Shown: piece by piece, positions 48,733 through 58,137 of the stretch
Numbering within the stretch: the stretch's first letter is position 1
Layout of the letters: each line of letters starts with the position of its first letter
From: Proteobacteria bacterium UBA6503
GTDB taxonomy: Bacteria; Pseudomonadota; Alphaproteobacteria; UBA1280; UBA6503
Direction of reading: 5' to 3'
Assembly (NCBI GenBank): GCA_002436405.1
Contig: DJLZ01000001.1
Span: 782,001-846,000 of the forward strand
DNA: 64,000 nt
Translations under genes and position numbers: made by a program
Notes under the pieces: generated by a model
Databases searched by the model: none
What the model was told of the DNA's origin: nothing
What the model saw: only the letters and a program-made list of their open reading frames with translations

Positions 48733-51579
48733 GTGCTACCGAAGCTTTTGCTTTTATCAACAATCATTCTGGGGCTTTCGCCCCTTGCCGCGTCTGTGGC
48801 GGATGCTGCTGATATTCAGTATGTTGATGCACCAGCCCCGCACTTTACTGTACCTGCCGATACACCGCTTGCCGTATTTCAGCGCCTTGAAGATATTTGG
48901 ATTGTAACGACCGAAGATAGCCTTAATCTTCCGTCACTCCCTGAAAGCCTAGCTGTTATTGAAACTGAAAACCTGTACGTGCCTGATGGTGCGGGTGTGC
49001 GGGTGTCACTTTCAGTGCTTAAAGGCCTACGTGTTGAGCGTGATAGTGAAAACTGGCGTATTTACATTAACCAACTAGGCGCCCCGCAAACACTTGCGCT
49101 ACCGCTTGATATTTCGGGCGATATTGTGACGCTTAATAGCGGTGCTTACAGCCCACGCCGTGCCACAAGTTTTGATACCCGTGAAACGTATACCGCTGTG
49201 CCATCACTGGCAGCTCGTGGTTTTTCATCACCTGAAAATATTGGTATTTTGCGCCGCCTTGAAACTGCAGCTGGTGCTGCATTTGTAAGTAGCAATGGTG
49301 CGCCACTTGGCATGACCACCGAAGACGGCAAAACAACTTTTAGAACCCTAAATAACGCTATTTCAGCGGCCGTAGCCCGCCGTGAAGGGCCTATTAACCT
49401 TTCAGTGGTTGATAGCCTGCTGCAAGCCGCACGCGATGCTGACGGTAACATTATTCGTACTGTGCCGGCAGGCCAAACCGCCTACCATGGTGGTATGAAC
49501 ATCCCATCGATTGACCCTGAAAATGAATCAACCGTTGATGATGCCGTAACACAGATGAACCGTGCCCTTGATCAAGTAGGGCGTTTGTCATACCCACTTC
49601 CAACCGACCCTCGTGAGCAAGAGCAAGTGCCTGACCTACCATCAATACAAACACCTGAGCTTGATGACGCCATTATTGCAGCGCTTGCCGCCCGTGATGA
49701 AGCCACCGTGCCAATGACGAAACAAGAGGTTGAGCAAGCCCTCCCAGAAAACCGCATTCTGCCTGATTTTGGTGACCGTACACGCCGTGAGCTTGATGCC
49801 CTTGAGCGTCGCCTTGGCCAGCGCTGGTACTTTACCGAGAAAAACACCGATAAAATTAGCGCCGCTAACCGCTTTGCAGGTCTGAAAATCTTTATGCAGC
49901 AATACCCTGAAGCCCTTGGTATTTTGCAAACCGTTATTCATAACAACGAGAACACTGACCCAGCACTTGTTGAAGATACAAAGCTACTTGAAGCCATTAG
50001 CCTAGCTTTGATGGAACGCTACCCAGAAGCCCAAGAGAAGATGGAAAAAATCACCACACCATCAGTCGATAAAGCCATTTGGTCTGGCTACATCCAAGAA
50101 GGTTTGGGCGAGCACAAAAAAGCAGCTGATATGCTAGAAGATAGCATTGAAAAGTCAGCTTCGTACCCGCCACTAATTACGCAAAAGGTACGCTACGCCT
50201 ACGCAAAAGCACTGTTTGAAGAAGGCCGCATGAACGAAGCCTTGAACCAAATTGACCGCCTTGCTCTACTAGGTGGTCGTGGCCGCGTGCTGCCAAAAGC
50301 ACAGCTTTTGATGGGCCGTATTTACAAAGAACAAGGCCAAAAAGACCTTGCAGAACAAGTATTTATTACGCTGGCCTCTAACAGCGATATGGAAGTTTCA
50401 AGCCATGCGCTATACCACTTCCTTGACCTGTTGGTTGAGCGTGGTGACCTAACCCCTGAAGCCGCTGCCATTCGTTTTGAGAACCTACGCTTCTTGTGGC
50501 GTGGGGACGAGGTTGAAGAAAACACCTTGTTTAAATTGGCGAACCTTTACATCCAAAGCAAGCAGTACAAAAACGCCCTTGAACGCTTGAAGTACCTAAC
50601 GGTAAACTTCCCTGAAAGTGAGTATGTGCCGCAAGCAGCTGCGATGATGACTAAGATTTTTGGTGACCTGTTTATGGACCGCCGTACGGATGCAGAGCTT
50701 GACCCTATCGGTATGCTTGGCCTGTACTACGACTTCCGTGAGTTGACACCAGCTAACGAAGAAGGCGACCGTGTTGTGATGAACGTGGCCAACCGTTTGG
50801 CGACCCTTGGCCTTTACGACCGTGCCGTTGAAACGCTAGAGCGTCAACTTAAGTTCCGTGCAAATAACCCTGCAGCTGTAGGCTTGCTAGGGCTAGAGCT
50901 TGCAAAGCTACACTTCCAAAACTACTCAGTGGGTGAGGGGCTAGAGGCACTTAACCGTACAGCTTCAAAAGACCTAGCACCGTCACTACAAAATGACCGT
51001 AAGATTATGCGTGCCAAACTATTGGGCCTTGCCATGAAGTATGAAGGTGCCCTTGAAGTGGCAAAAGAGGCAACAGGCACTGAAGCTCAAGACCTTCAAG
51101 CCGAGTTTGCTTGGGAACTTGGCGAATTTAAAGCCGTTGTTGACGCGATGAAGCCAATGTTTGATGCAGCTGGTGGTAGCGAGTGGACAGGCACTGACGT
51201 AACACGTTTCTTACGCCTAGCAACAGCACAGGCGGCGCTAGGCCAAGCTGATGACTTGCAGGACCTTGCCATCCGTTACGAACAAGGTATTGCCCTACAC
51301 GAGCTTACTGAACAAGTAGACTTTTTGATTCAATCTGCCCGCTCAGAATCGCCAGCAGAATCACGTGTTGAAGATGAACTACGTACGAACCCGAACGAAG
51401 TACCCGCAGGTTCGTCAGTATGGCTACGTGGTGAAAAGGGCCTTGAAGAGCAAAACGACTTTAACCGTGACTACCGCCGTACTCGCCAACGCTGGCGCCT
51501 TGAAAATGAAGAGGCTGACCGAAGTGAAATGCGTGGGTTGCAGCAGGAAATTCAGAACCGTCAAAACCGCTTCCGCTAA
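48733..51579 (+). CDS. Large (948 aa) secreted TPR-like repeat protein of unknown function, translationally coupled to motB
   Basis: GTG start immediately after the motB stop. Signal peptide 'MLPKLLLLSTIILGLSPLAASVADA'. Helical-repeat-rich middle. Charged C-terminus. Confidence 0.6.
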   Translation: MLPKLLLLSTIILGLSPLAASVADAADIQYVDAPAPHFTVPADTPLAVFQRLEDIWIVTTEDSLNLPSLPESLAVIETENLYVPDGAGVRVSLSVLKGLRVERDSENWRIYINQLGAPQTLALPLDISGDIVTLNSGAYSPRRATSFDTRETYTAVPSLAARGFSSPENIGILRRLETAAGAAFVSSNGAPLGMTTEDGKTTFRTLNNAISAAVARREGPINLSVVDSLLQAARDADGNIIRTVPAGQTAYHGGMNIPSIDPENESTVDDAVTQMNRALDQVGRLSYPLPTDPREQEQVPDLPSIQTPELDDAIIAALAARDEATVPMTKQEVEQALPENRILPDFGDRTRRELDALERRLGQRWYFTEKNTDKISAANRFAGLKIFMQQYPEALGILQTVIHNNENTDPALVEDTKLLEAISLALMERYPEAQEKMEKITTPSVDKAIWSGYIQEGLGEHKKAADMLEDSIEKSASYPPLITQKVRYAYAKALFEEGRMNEALNQIDRLALLGGRGRVLPKAQLLMGRIYKEQGQKDLAEQVFITLASNSDMEVSSHALYHFLDLLVERGDLTPEAAAIRFENLRFLWRGDEVEENTLFKLANLYIQSKQYKNALERLKYLTVNFPESEYVPQAAAMMTKIFGDLFMDRRTDAELDPIGMLGLYYDFRELTPANEEGDRVVMNVANRLATLGLYDRAVETLERQLKFRANNPAAVGLLGLELAKLHFQNYSVGEGLEALNRTASKDLAPSLQNDRKIMRAKLLGLAMKYEGALEVAKEATGTEAQDLQAEFAWELGEFKAVVDAMKPMFDAAGGSEWTGTDVTRFLRLATAQAALGQADDLQDLAIRYEQGIALHELTEQVDFLIQSARSESPAESRVEDELRTNPNEVPAGSSVWLRGEKGLEEQNDFNRDYRRTRQRWRLENEEADRSEMRGLQQEIQNRQNRFR

Positions 51580-51604
51580 ATTTTGCACTTTCAGGCGGTT
51601 AAAG

Positions 51605-51654
51605 CCTTTAGCTTGTACTCGTGTATTATTCATACACATCGTACTGCACTAAAG
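51605..51654. repeat. Structured intergenic palindromic element, copy A
   Basis: Outer inverted repeat ctttag/ctaaag flanking the core TGTATTATTCATACAC, itself a TGTAT/ATACA palindrome. Lies between the convergent TPR-protein and fliP genes. Confidence 0.65.
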
Positions 51655-51728
51655 ACTTTACGCATCCCAAATATCATAAAGTGAGCTGCCTGCAATAAGC
51701 TGCAAGCTTTGCTCGGCGAAGGGTTTAG

Positions 51729-52505
51729 TTATTGCACTACGTTGAATGACTGTACAAGCGAGCCTGTAAGCAGCGACCAGCCGTCAATCAGCACGAAGAA
51801 TACAATCTTGAAGGGGAGTGAGATAATCACCGGTGGTAGCATCATCATACCCATACTCATCAGGATAGAGGCTACGGCAAGGTCAATCACCAAGAACGGC
51901 AAGAATAGCAAGAAGCCAATCTCAAACGCACGGCGAAGCTCGGTAATCATAAACGCAGGGATAAGCGCCTGCAGGGGCACATCACGTGCGCTTTCAACAG
52001 TTTCTGGTGGTTCACGTAGCATGCCCACAAAAAGGTCAAGCTCACGCTCGCCCACTTGGGTACCCATAAAATCACGGAATGGATCAATGGTACGGTCTAT
52101 GGCTGTTTGCTCGTCAATACGTTCTTCAATGTAAGGGCCAATGCCTTCTTCGTAGGCTTTTTCAAAAGTAGGGGCCATTACGAACATAGTTAGGAACATG
52201 GCAAGCGCAATAAGCACTGGGTTCGGCGGCGTGTTTTGCAGACCCATTGCCGTACGCAAGAATGAAAGCACAATCACAATACGGGTGAATGAGGTCACCA
52301 TCATCACAATTGATGGCGCAAGCGAAAGGACTGTTACCAACATAAATAGTTGGAAAAGACGACGAGATGACAGAATGTCATCATCCACGTTGATGTTCAG
52401 TAGGTTTGTGCTGTCTTGCGCAAAGGCCATATCGGCACCCACAAGTAAGCCGCCTACAACAGTAAGGGCAAACATAAATAGGGCAATGGTCTTTGTGTGG
52501 AACAT
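51729..52505 (-). CDS. fliP: Flagellar export apparatus protein FliP
   Basis: Signal peptide plus FliP signature ('LSLAPSIVMMVTSFTRIVIVLSFLRTAMGLQNTPPN'). Confidence 0.93.
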   Translation of the reverse strand: MFHTKTIALFMFALTVVGGLLVGADMAFAQDSTNLLNINVDDDILSSRRLFQLFMLVTVLSLAPSIVMMVTSFTRIVIVLSFLRTAMGLQNTPPNPVLIALAMFLTMFVMAPTFEKAYEEGIGPYIEERIDEQTAIDRTIDPFRDFMGTQVGERELDLFVGMLREPPETVESARDVPLQALIPAFMITELRRAFEIGFLLFLPFLVIDLAVASILMSMGMMMLPPVIISLPFKIVFFVLIDGWSLLTGSLVQSFNVVQ

Positions 52506-52853
52506 CTAGCTAGCTTTTTTCGCTTTAGGTTTGGTTGTCTTTTTAGCAGGTGTTGTTTTAGGGCTTGCGGCCTTTTGACCTACTGGACGAGAACTTACCA
52601 GAAGTTCTTGGGTTGTGCCTAGTAAAATGACGTGTTCTTCGGTGCCATCTTCCACGATAATAAGTTTACGGCGGCTATCAACTTGTAAGGTTTCAGTCAC
52701 TTGAAGGCGGCCTTGCGGGCGCAAACCTTTAAATGTGCCTGTGAACTGGCCGTTTTCTTGAAGGCGGCGCAGCACCAAAATAAGGCCACCAAACATCAGG
52801 ATGAGCGAAAGAACGCCCAACATCCAGCGGACCATATTTACATCATCAAACAT
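52506..52853 (-). CDS. fliO: Flagellar export protein FliO
   Basis: Single-TM small protein immediately upstream of fliP with a lysine-rich tail. Confidence 0.7.
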   Translation of the reverse strand: MFDDVNMVRWMLGVLSLILMFGGLILVLRRLQENGQFTGTFKGLRPQGRLQVTETLQVDSRRKLIIVEDGTEEHVILLGTTQELLVSSRPVGQKAASPKTTPAKKTTKPKAKKAS

Positions 52854-53242
52854 TATTTTTTGTCCTCTTCCATTGCGGCAGGGGCAATGGTTTCGTTTTC
52901 AGCATTAGGGTCTTGCTGGTTTTCAGGTTGGTCATAAGCCGCATAAAGCTTTTGCGCTTTGCTGCGGTTTGAAAGTTGGCTGAGCTCATCTCGCGATTTT
53001 TCATACTCACGGGTGAGGGCTGTTTGCATGCTATCAAGGTTAGCCGAAAGGCCTAGAATATCGTTACGGGCTTGCTGCCATTCAGCGTCTGGGTGTTCAC
53101 GCATTTCGGCAATCTTGGCTTCAAGGTTGTTCATACGGCTGGTGAGGCCTTCGGCAGTGGTGTCGGGGTTAGAGGCCATCTTGGTAATTTCGTCAATTAA
53201 GCCATTAACCTCGTGAATGAGTTTGTTGAGCGTGTCGGCCAT
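52853..53242 (-). CDS. Hypothetical coiled-coil protein in the fliO/fliP operon
   Basis: 129 aa, entirely helical and charged. Start overlaps the flhB-C-like stop. Confidence 0.5.
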   Translation of the reverse strand: MADTLNKLIHEVNGLIDEITKMASNPDTTAEGLTSRMNNLEAKIAEMREHPDAEWQQARNDILGLSANLDSMQTALTREYEKSRDELSQLSNRSKAQKLYAAYDQPENQQDPNAENETIAPAAMEEDKK

Positions 53243-53529
53243 TAGAAGTCAGCTTTCTTCTTTTTGTTCATTCTGTAAATATACGCAAAAACTTCAGCAA
53301 CGACAGTATAAACTTCAAGCGGGATTTCTTGATCCAATTCTACGGCGTTCAAAACTTCAACCAGGTCAGCGTCCTGATGTACCGGAATGCCATACTCAGC
53401 GGCCACTTCAAGAATACGCTCAGCTACTTGTTGTTGGCCTTTTGCCACCACTCTAGGTACCGCTTCGCGGGAGGTGTCGTAGCGCAGTGCGACTGCGGTT
53501 CTGTTTGATTTTTCAGTTTTTTCAGCCAT
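53242..53529 (-). CDS. Small stand-alone FlhB C-terminal-domain (YscU/FlhB autocleavage domain-like) protein
   Basis: 'TAVALRYDTSREAVPRVVAKGQQQVAERILEVAAEYGIPVHQDADLVEVLNAVELDQEIPLEVYTVVAEVFAYIY' follows the FlhB-C/YlqH pattern. Confidence 0.7.
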   Translation of the reverse strand: MAEKTEKSNRTAVALRYDTSREAVPRVVAKGQQQVAERILEVAAEYGIPVHQDADLVEVLNAVELDQEIPLEVYTVVAEVFAYIYRMNKKKKADF

Positions 53530-53539
53530 GGGCCCTCAA

Positions 53540-53555
53540 ATTGGCAGATTTCTTG
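53540..53555 (+). promoter_or_regulatory. Sigma-54 promoter of the fliK-flgD-flgE operon
   Basis: TGGCAG-atttc-TTGCA, a perfect match to the -24/-12 consensus, ~95 nt upstream of fliK. Confidence 0.75.
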
Positions 53556-53650
53556 CAACGTACCTTTTGTACACAAGTTTCCCCAACTTATGCGCAACCG
53601 GTTAATCCATTTGGAATTGTAACAGAAAATTAAAAAAAAGGGCCCTATAA

Positions 53651-55390
53651 ATGATGATACCTGATCTTTCGCAACTTCTTTCATTCTCACCATCAGCCAC
53701 AGGTTTTGGTGGTCTTTTTGGTGCTCAAACAGCTAGCCAAGGCGGCGGTTTGTTTGGTGGACTTATGGGTGAGGGTGTCTCAGGCGAAGGGAGTTTGTTT
53801 GGTAACGTCCTCAGCAGTATGCTGGGTGAAAGCGGTCTTGTAGAAACCCTTTCGGCTGCGGAAGAGCTTAACCTAGAAGAGCTCGAAAACTCAGAAGAAG
53901 CTGAACTTGCTATTATTCAGGTGACACAAGTTGTGACCGTCGTTTACGAAGAATTTACAATGCTATCGTCATCAGGGGTAAACTTTGATGACCTTAATAG
54001 CGTTGATTCGTTGTCAGCTGCGTACCAACAACTTGGTATGTCACAAGAAGAAGCTGATAGCCGTGCCACACGCCTAACCGTTATGTTTATGCTGCTTGAT
54101 AACCGTATTTCAACGGCTGATCTTGTAGCGGGTCTAAGCACCGATCAAATCGCTGTAAAACAACAGCGTACATTTATTCAAATTGAACAATCAATCCAAG
54201 CGTTTTCAGTGGCGAGCGTAGGCTCATCTGGACAGTTGTCATCACTATTGGCGGAAGGCCAAAGCCTGATGAATGGTGGCCTTTCAGATGCTGAGCTTCA
54301 AGCGGCCCTTGCTGGTGCAGGCGAAGTACAGTCAGACGCTGACCTAGCCTTGGCATCAACCGATGGCGAAAACCCACTCGAAGGCAACTTGTTTGGCCGT
54401 GTAAGTGAGATTTTTAATAAACTAGCCGACCGTGCAAGCCAGCACCCAGAAGGTAAACAACTTGCAGCTCAATTGCAGGAGATTGCCCAAGCGACGCAAA
54501 ATATTTCAGACAAAGTGGTGAAAGATGGCGGTTTGCAAAATGTGCAAAAAGCCCTTGAAACACCAACTTTGCAAAGTAATTCGCAGCAAGCGGTACAGGC
54601 GCAAATCGCCGAAGATCGCCCACTGCCATCAGCAAAAGCTGAACGTGAAATTCAAGCCAATGCCCGTGCGCAAGAGGTTGCTGCAGATGAAGCAAACCTT
54701 GGTAAAGGTGCCGGCGATAAACCAGCTGATGCTGCACGTAATAATACAGCTATGGTTGGTAACGGTCGCCCACAAGCACTGCCTGAACCACCTGTGCCAA
54801 CATTTGTTATGCGCCCAACGGCCGATGGTGGCGTTGAAGTGGTTGACCCTGCAACAGGTGAAGTTATTCAAAGTAGTCAAGGTAACCTAGCAAACGCATC
54901 AAATACGCAAGCGGCTGATGGCCCAATGGCGCAAAGCCGTGGTCTAGAAACTGCACAACAAGTACGCCTTGCCCAGCAAGTGCGTGTGCATGTGCGTACC
55001 CTTGCGGCACACAACGGCGGCCAGATTGTCGTGAACCTTAACCCTAAAGAACTTGGCCGCGTGCAAGTGCGCCTTGAGATTGAAGAGGGTGTTGTGAAAG
55101 GGGCTATTACAGTTCAGCGCCCTGACGTTGCAGAATCTATCGCAAAAGACATGCGTGCCCTTGAGCAAGCCCTTGCCGATGTTGGCCTAGAGTTGGCCCA
55201 AGATGGTATTGCGATTCAGCTTGAGAACCACTCAGCTGGTGACAGTAATAGCCAGGATTCTGAAGGGAAACGACAAACTGGCACAGGTTTTGCAAATACA
55301 TCTAGTGAGGCTCTATCAGGGGCTGTGGACGGCGAAGAGAGTGCCGGCCGCTGGATGAACCCTGACCGTCTTCTAGACGTTGAAGCCTAA
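53651..55390 (+). CDS. fliK: Flagellar hook-length control protein FliK
   Basis: C-terminal Flg_hook domain ('VRVHVRTLAAHNGGQIVVNLNPKELGRVQVRLEIEEGVVKGAITVQRPDVAESIAKDMRALEQALADVGLEL'). Upstream of flgD-flgE. Confidence 0.85.
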   Translation: MMIPDLSQLLSFSPSATGFGGLFGAQTASQGGGLFGGLMGEGVSGEGSLFGNVLSSMLGESGLVETLSAAEELNLEELENSEEAELAIIQVTQVVTVVYEEFTMLSSSGVNFDDLNSVDSLSAAYQQLGMSQEEADSRATRLTVMFMLLDNRISTADLVAGLSTDQIAVKQQRTFIQIEQSIQAFSVASVGSSGQLSSLLAEGQSLMNGGLSDAELQAALAGAGEVQSDADLALASTDGENPLEGNLFGRVSEIFNKLADRASQHPEGKQLAAQLQEIAQATQNISDKVVKDGGLQNVQKALETPTLQSNSQQAVQAQIAEDRPLPSAKAEREIQANARAQEVAADEANLGKGAGDKPADAARNNTAMVGNGRPQALPEPPVPTFVMRPTADGGVEVVDPATGEVIQSSQGNLANASNTQAADGPMAQSRGLETAQQVRLAQQVRVHVRTLAAHNGGQIVVNLNPKELGRVQVRLEIEEGVVKGAITVQRPDVAESIAKDMRALEQALADVGLELAQDGIAIQLENHSAGDSNSQDSEGKRQTGTGFANTSSEALSGAVDGEESAGRWMNPDRLLDVEA

Positions 55391-55411
55391 TTTAAAGAGA
55401 GAGATTTTATA

Positions 55412-56143
55412 ATGGTAGATACAATTGCCCCAAGCTTAGCATCAGCCCAAGAAAGCGTGACAAAGTCACAAAGTGCGCAGGCGTCAGCCTCAGCTAACTT
55501 TGACACCTTCTTGCAGCTACTTGCCGCACAGCTTCAAAACCAGGACCCGCTAGATCCGCTAGATGGTACCCAGTTTACCGAGCAGATTGCGTCATTCTCG
55601 GCAGTGGAACAGCAAATTGCTACAAACTCTAACCTTGAAAAGCTATTGCAGAACGAAAGTTACGCACAGCAGTCAATGGCGATTGGTTTTGTTGGTAAGG
55701 AAGTTCTTTCAGCTGGTGATGTAGCCCCACTTAAGGGCGGCCAAATGGAGCTGACATATGTTCTACCAGAAGACGCTGTTTCAAACGTGATTGAAATTTA
55801 CGATGGCGACGGCGTGAAGATTAAAACCATTGAAGGTGAAGTTAACCAAGGTCAGTACGCTTACCTATGGGACGGCACCAACGACGCGGGCGAAGCCATG
55901 CCAGAAGGTAACTACTTTATTGATATTAGTGCCTTTGATTCTGAAGGTGTGAGCGTAAACCCACGTACATTTGTTTACCAAAAAGTTACTGGTGTTCGCA
56001 GTGACGGCGAGGGCGGTATTTTCCTCGGTCTAGCGAATGGCCAAGAAGTTTCATTGTCAGAAGCGTTTACTCTACGCGAAGCCTACGAAGATGCTGTTGC
56101 ATCAGGCGATAGCGCAGAAGACGACAGCAATGACGATGTTTAA
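55412..56143 (+). CDS. flgD: Flagellar hook capping protein FlgD
   Basis: 'FDTFLQLLAAQLQNQDPLDPLDGTQFTEQIASFSAVEQ' FlgD signature plus Ig-like C-domain. Confidence 0.92.
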   Translation: MVDTIAPSLASAQESVTKSQSAQASASANFDTFLQLLAAQLQNQDPLDPLDGTQFTEQIASFSAVEQQIATNSNLEKLLQNESYAQQSMAIGFVGKEVLSAGDVAPLKGGQMELTYVLPEDAVSNVIEIYDGDGVKIKTIEGEVNQGQYAYLWDGTNDAGEAMPEGNYFIDISAFDSEGVSVNPRTFVYQKVTGVRSDGEGGIFLGLANGQEVSLSEAFTLREAYEDAVASGDSAEDDSNDDV

Positions 56144-56191
56144 TCAGCAGTAAATATACTTAACTGCGAAAAATAAAAAGGAGAGAGTACC

Positions 56192-57943
56192 ATGAGTCTA
56201 TACGGTGCATTAGGAGCAGGTGTTACTGGTCTAGGTGTTCAGGGCGAAGCATTGAGCGTAGTTTCTGATAACTTGGCGAACGTAAACACTGTAGGTTACA
56301 AACGAAACCGCGTTTTGTTTGAACAACTAGTAACAAGTTCGGGCCTTTCGGGCACAACCTTTAACGCTGGTGGTGTGGGTAACGACGTTATTCGCTCACA
56401 GGGTGTTCAGGGTAGCTTGAACTCAACCGATCGTACAACTGACCTGGCGCTATCGGGTAACGGTTTCTTCGTTACAGTAAGCGATAGTAACATTACAGGT
56501 AACACACAACAATTTTACACACGTGCAGGTGCCTTTGGTGAAGATAACCTAGGTTTCTTGCGTCATACGTCAAACACCTACCTACTAGGTTGGCGTACTG
56601 ACTCTGACGGTACAATTCAGGACCTTCAGAACCCAGAAGCTGTTGAACTACAATCAGTAGGTTCATCAGCCCGTGCCACAACACGTTTGGACCTTGGTGC
56701 AAACTTGAATGCGGCCACAGCTAACTTTAACTTTGACACTGGTCTTGCCCCATACGCGCCACTAGGCCCGGGTGTTGGCCCTGACCAAGGTCTTATCCTT
56801 GCAAACTTGGACGCAGTTGTTGCGGACCCAACGCAGGCTGACTTTATTACCTCGTCTCGATTCTTCGATTCACAGGGTGAGTCACACGATATCTCAGTTG
56901 CTTACGTAAAACGTGGTGACAACATGTGGGATTACGTAGCCTTTGCTGACGGTGGCGACATTGTTAACCAAGCCGCTGGTACAAACGTACGTATTGGTTC
57001 AGGTACTGTTGAGTTTAATGCCGACGGTAGCATTAAAGCCCAAACAGTACGCGCCATCGACGGTACAATTTCAGCCACTAACGAGCTGCAAGTTGAATGG
57101 TCAGGCGGTGTAGACCAAGGGACTATTAACCTTAACTTTGGTGACCTTACTGGTGGTCTAAGCTTTGCTGAGTCTGACCTTGATGCCGCTGGCCTATACG
57201 CTTCGGAAGGCTACATGAGCATTATCGTTGATGACCAAGCAGCCGCTGATGCTGGTATTGACCCAACATTGCCATTCCAGGTGCACTCAGATGGTGCTGG
57301 TGGTCTGTTCGTAGTGAACGACCCTGCTGGTGTGAACGGTGGTCCTTACACATCATCAACCATTAACATCCCAACGCCATTGCTAGAGGCGCAGACTTTT
57401 GAGTTTGATAACGGTATGTCAATTACCCTAGACGATGGTTACGCTGTTCCTGCAGCTGCTGGCCAAATTGGTGCCAACATCACTGCTGTGAACAACGATC
57501 CTATTGGTACAGGTGTGGGTACAGATGGTGTTGTACAGTTCTCATCACCAAACAACACACGCTTTGTAAACCAGAACGGTTTTGGTTCAGGCACCTTGGC
57601 TAACGTAACAGTCGACGAAGAAGGTTTCGTGGTCGGTGCGTTTACCAACGGTGAAACCCAGAAACTGTTCAAGCTGGTTATTGCGGTATTCCAAGACCCT
57701 GTGGGCCTAGACCCAGTAAGTGGTAACTTGTACCGTCAAACTGACCAGTCAGGTGAACCATTGTTCAAAGAAGCGGGTATCGGTAACACTGCTACAGTAG
57801 TATCAGGTGCTCTAGAACAATCAACAGTCGATATTGCGAACGAGTTCAGTAATATGATTGTGACCCAGCGAGCATTCTCAGCCAGTTCGAAAATTATTTC
57901 GACAGTTGACCAGATGCTGGCGGAACTTCTAAACCTTCGTTAA
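56192..57943 (+). CDS. flgE: Flagellar hook protein FlgE (long form)
   Basis: N-terminal 'MSLYGALGAGVTGLGVQGEALSVVSDNLANVNTVGYK' and C-terminal 'ALEQSTVDIANEFSNMIVTQRAFSASSKIISTVDQMLAEL' rod/hook domains. Confidence 0.92.
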   Translation: MSLYGALGAGVTGLGVQGEALSVVSDNLANVNTVGYKRNRVLFEQLVTSSGLSGTTFNAGGVGNDVIRSQGVQGSLNSTDRTTDLALSGNGFFVTVSDSNITGNTQQFYTRAGAFGEDNLGFLRHTSNTYLLGWRTDSDGTIQDLQNPEAVELQSVGSSARATTRLDLGANLNAATANFNFDTGLAPYAPLGPGVGPDQGLILANLDAVVADPTQADFITSSRFFDSQGESHDISVAYVKRGDNMWDYVAFADGGDIVNQAAGTNVRIGSGTVEFNADGSIKAQTVRAIDGTISATNELQVEWSGGVDQGTINLNFGDLTGGLSFAESDLDAAGLYASEGYMSIIVDDQAAADAGIDPTLPFQVHSDGAGGLFVVNDPAGVNGGPYTSSTINIPTPLLEAQTFEFDNGMSITLDDGYAVPAAAGQIGANITAVNNDPIGTGVGTDGVVQFSSPNNTRFVNQNGFGSGTLANVTVDEEGFVVGAFTNGETQKLFKLVIAVFQDPVGLDPVSGNLYRQTDQSGEPLFKEAGIGNTATVVSGALEQSTVDIANEFSNMIVTQRAFSASSKIISTVDQMLAELLNLR

Positions 57944-57982
57944 TCGATAGTTTAGAAAACTAAATACTCTCTCCCTCTTGAA

Positions 57983-58014
57983 AGGGGCAGCGCAAGCTGC
58001 CCCTTTCTGCTTTT
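57983..58014 (+). terminator. Rho-independent terminator after flgE
   Basis: aggggcagc-gcaa-gctgcccct followed by ttctgctttt. Confidence 0.7.
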
Positions 58015-58137
58015 AAAATGTACACTCAAAAAAACTTACACCCTAGGGGCCTGAATTTATAGGGCTTTTGTGGTGTGCTTGCTAAACGGGCTTGTGCGGG
58101 TTAACATATTATAAAAGCAATAAAAAATGGGTACTCT

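Noticed and set aside
53242-53529. FlhB C-domain-like ORF as a truncated pseudogene of full-length flhB
   Set aside because: It has its own start, overlaps the next gene in an operon-like fashion, and matches the known family of ~90 aa stand-alone FlhB-C paralogs. There is no upstream remnant of the FlhB membrane domain.
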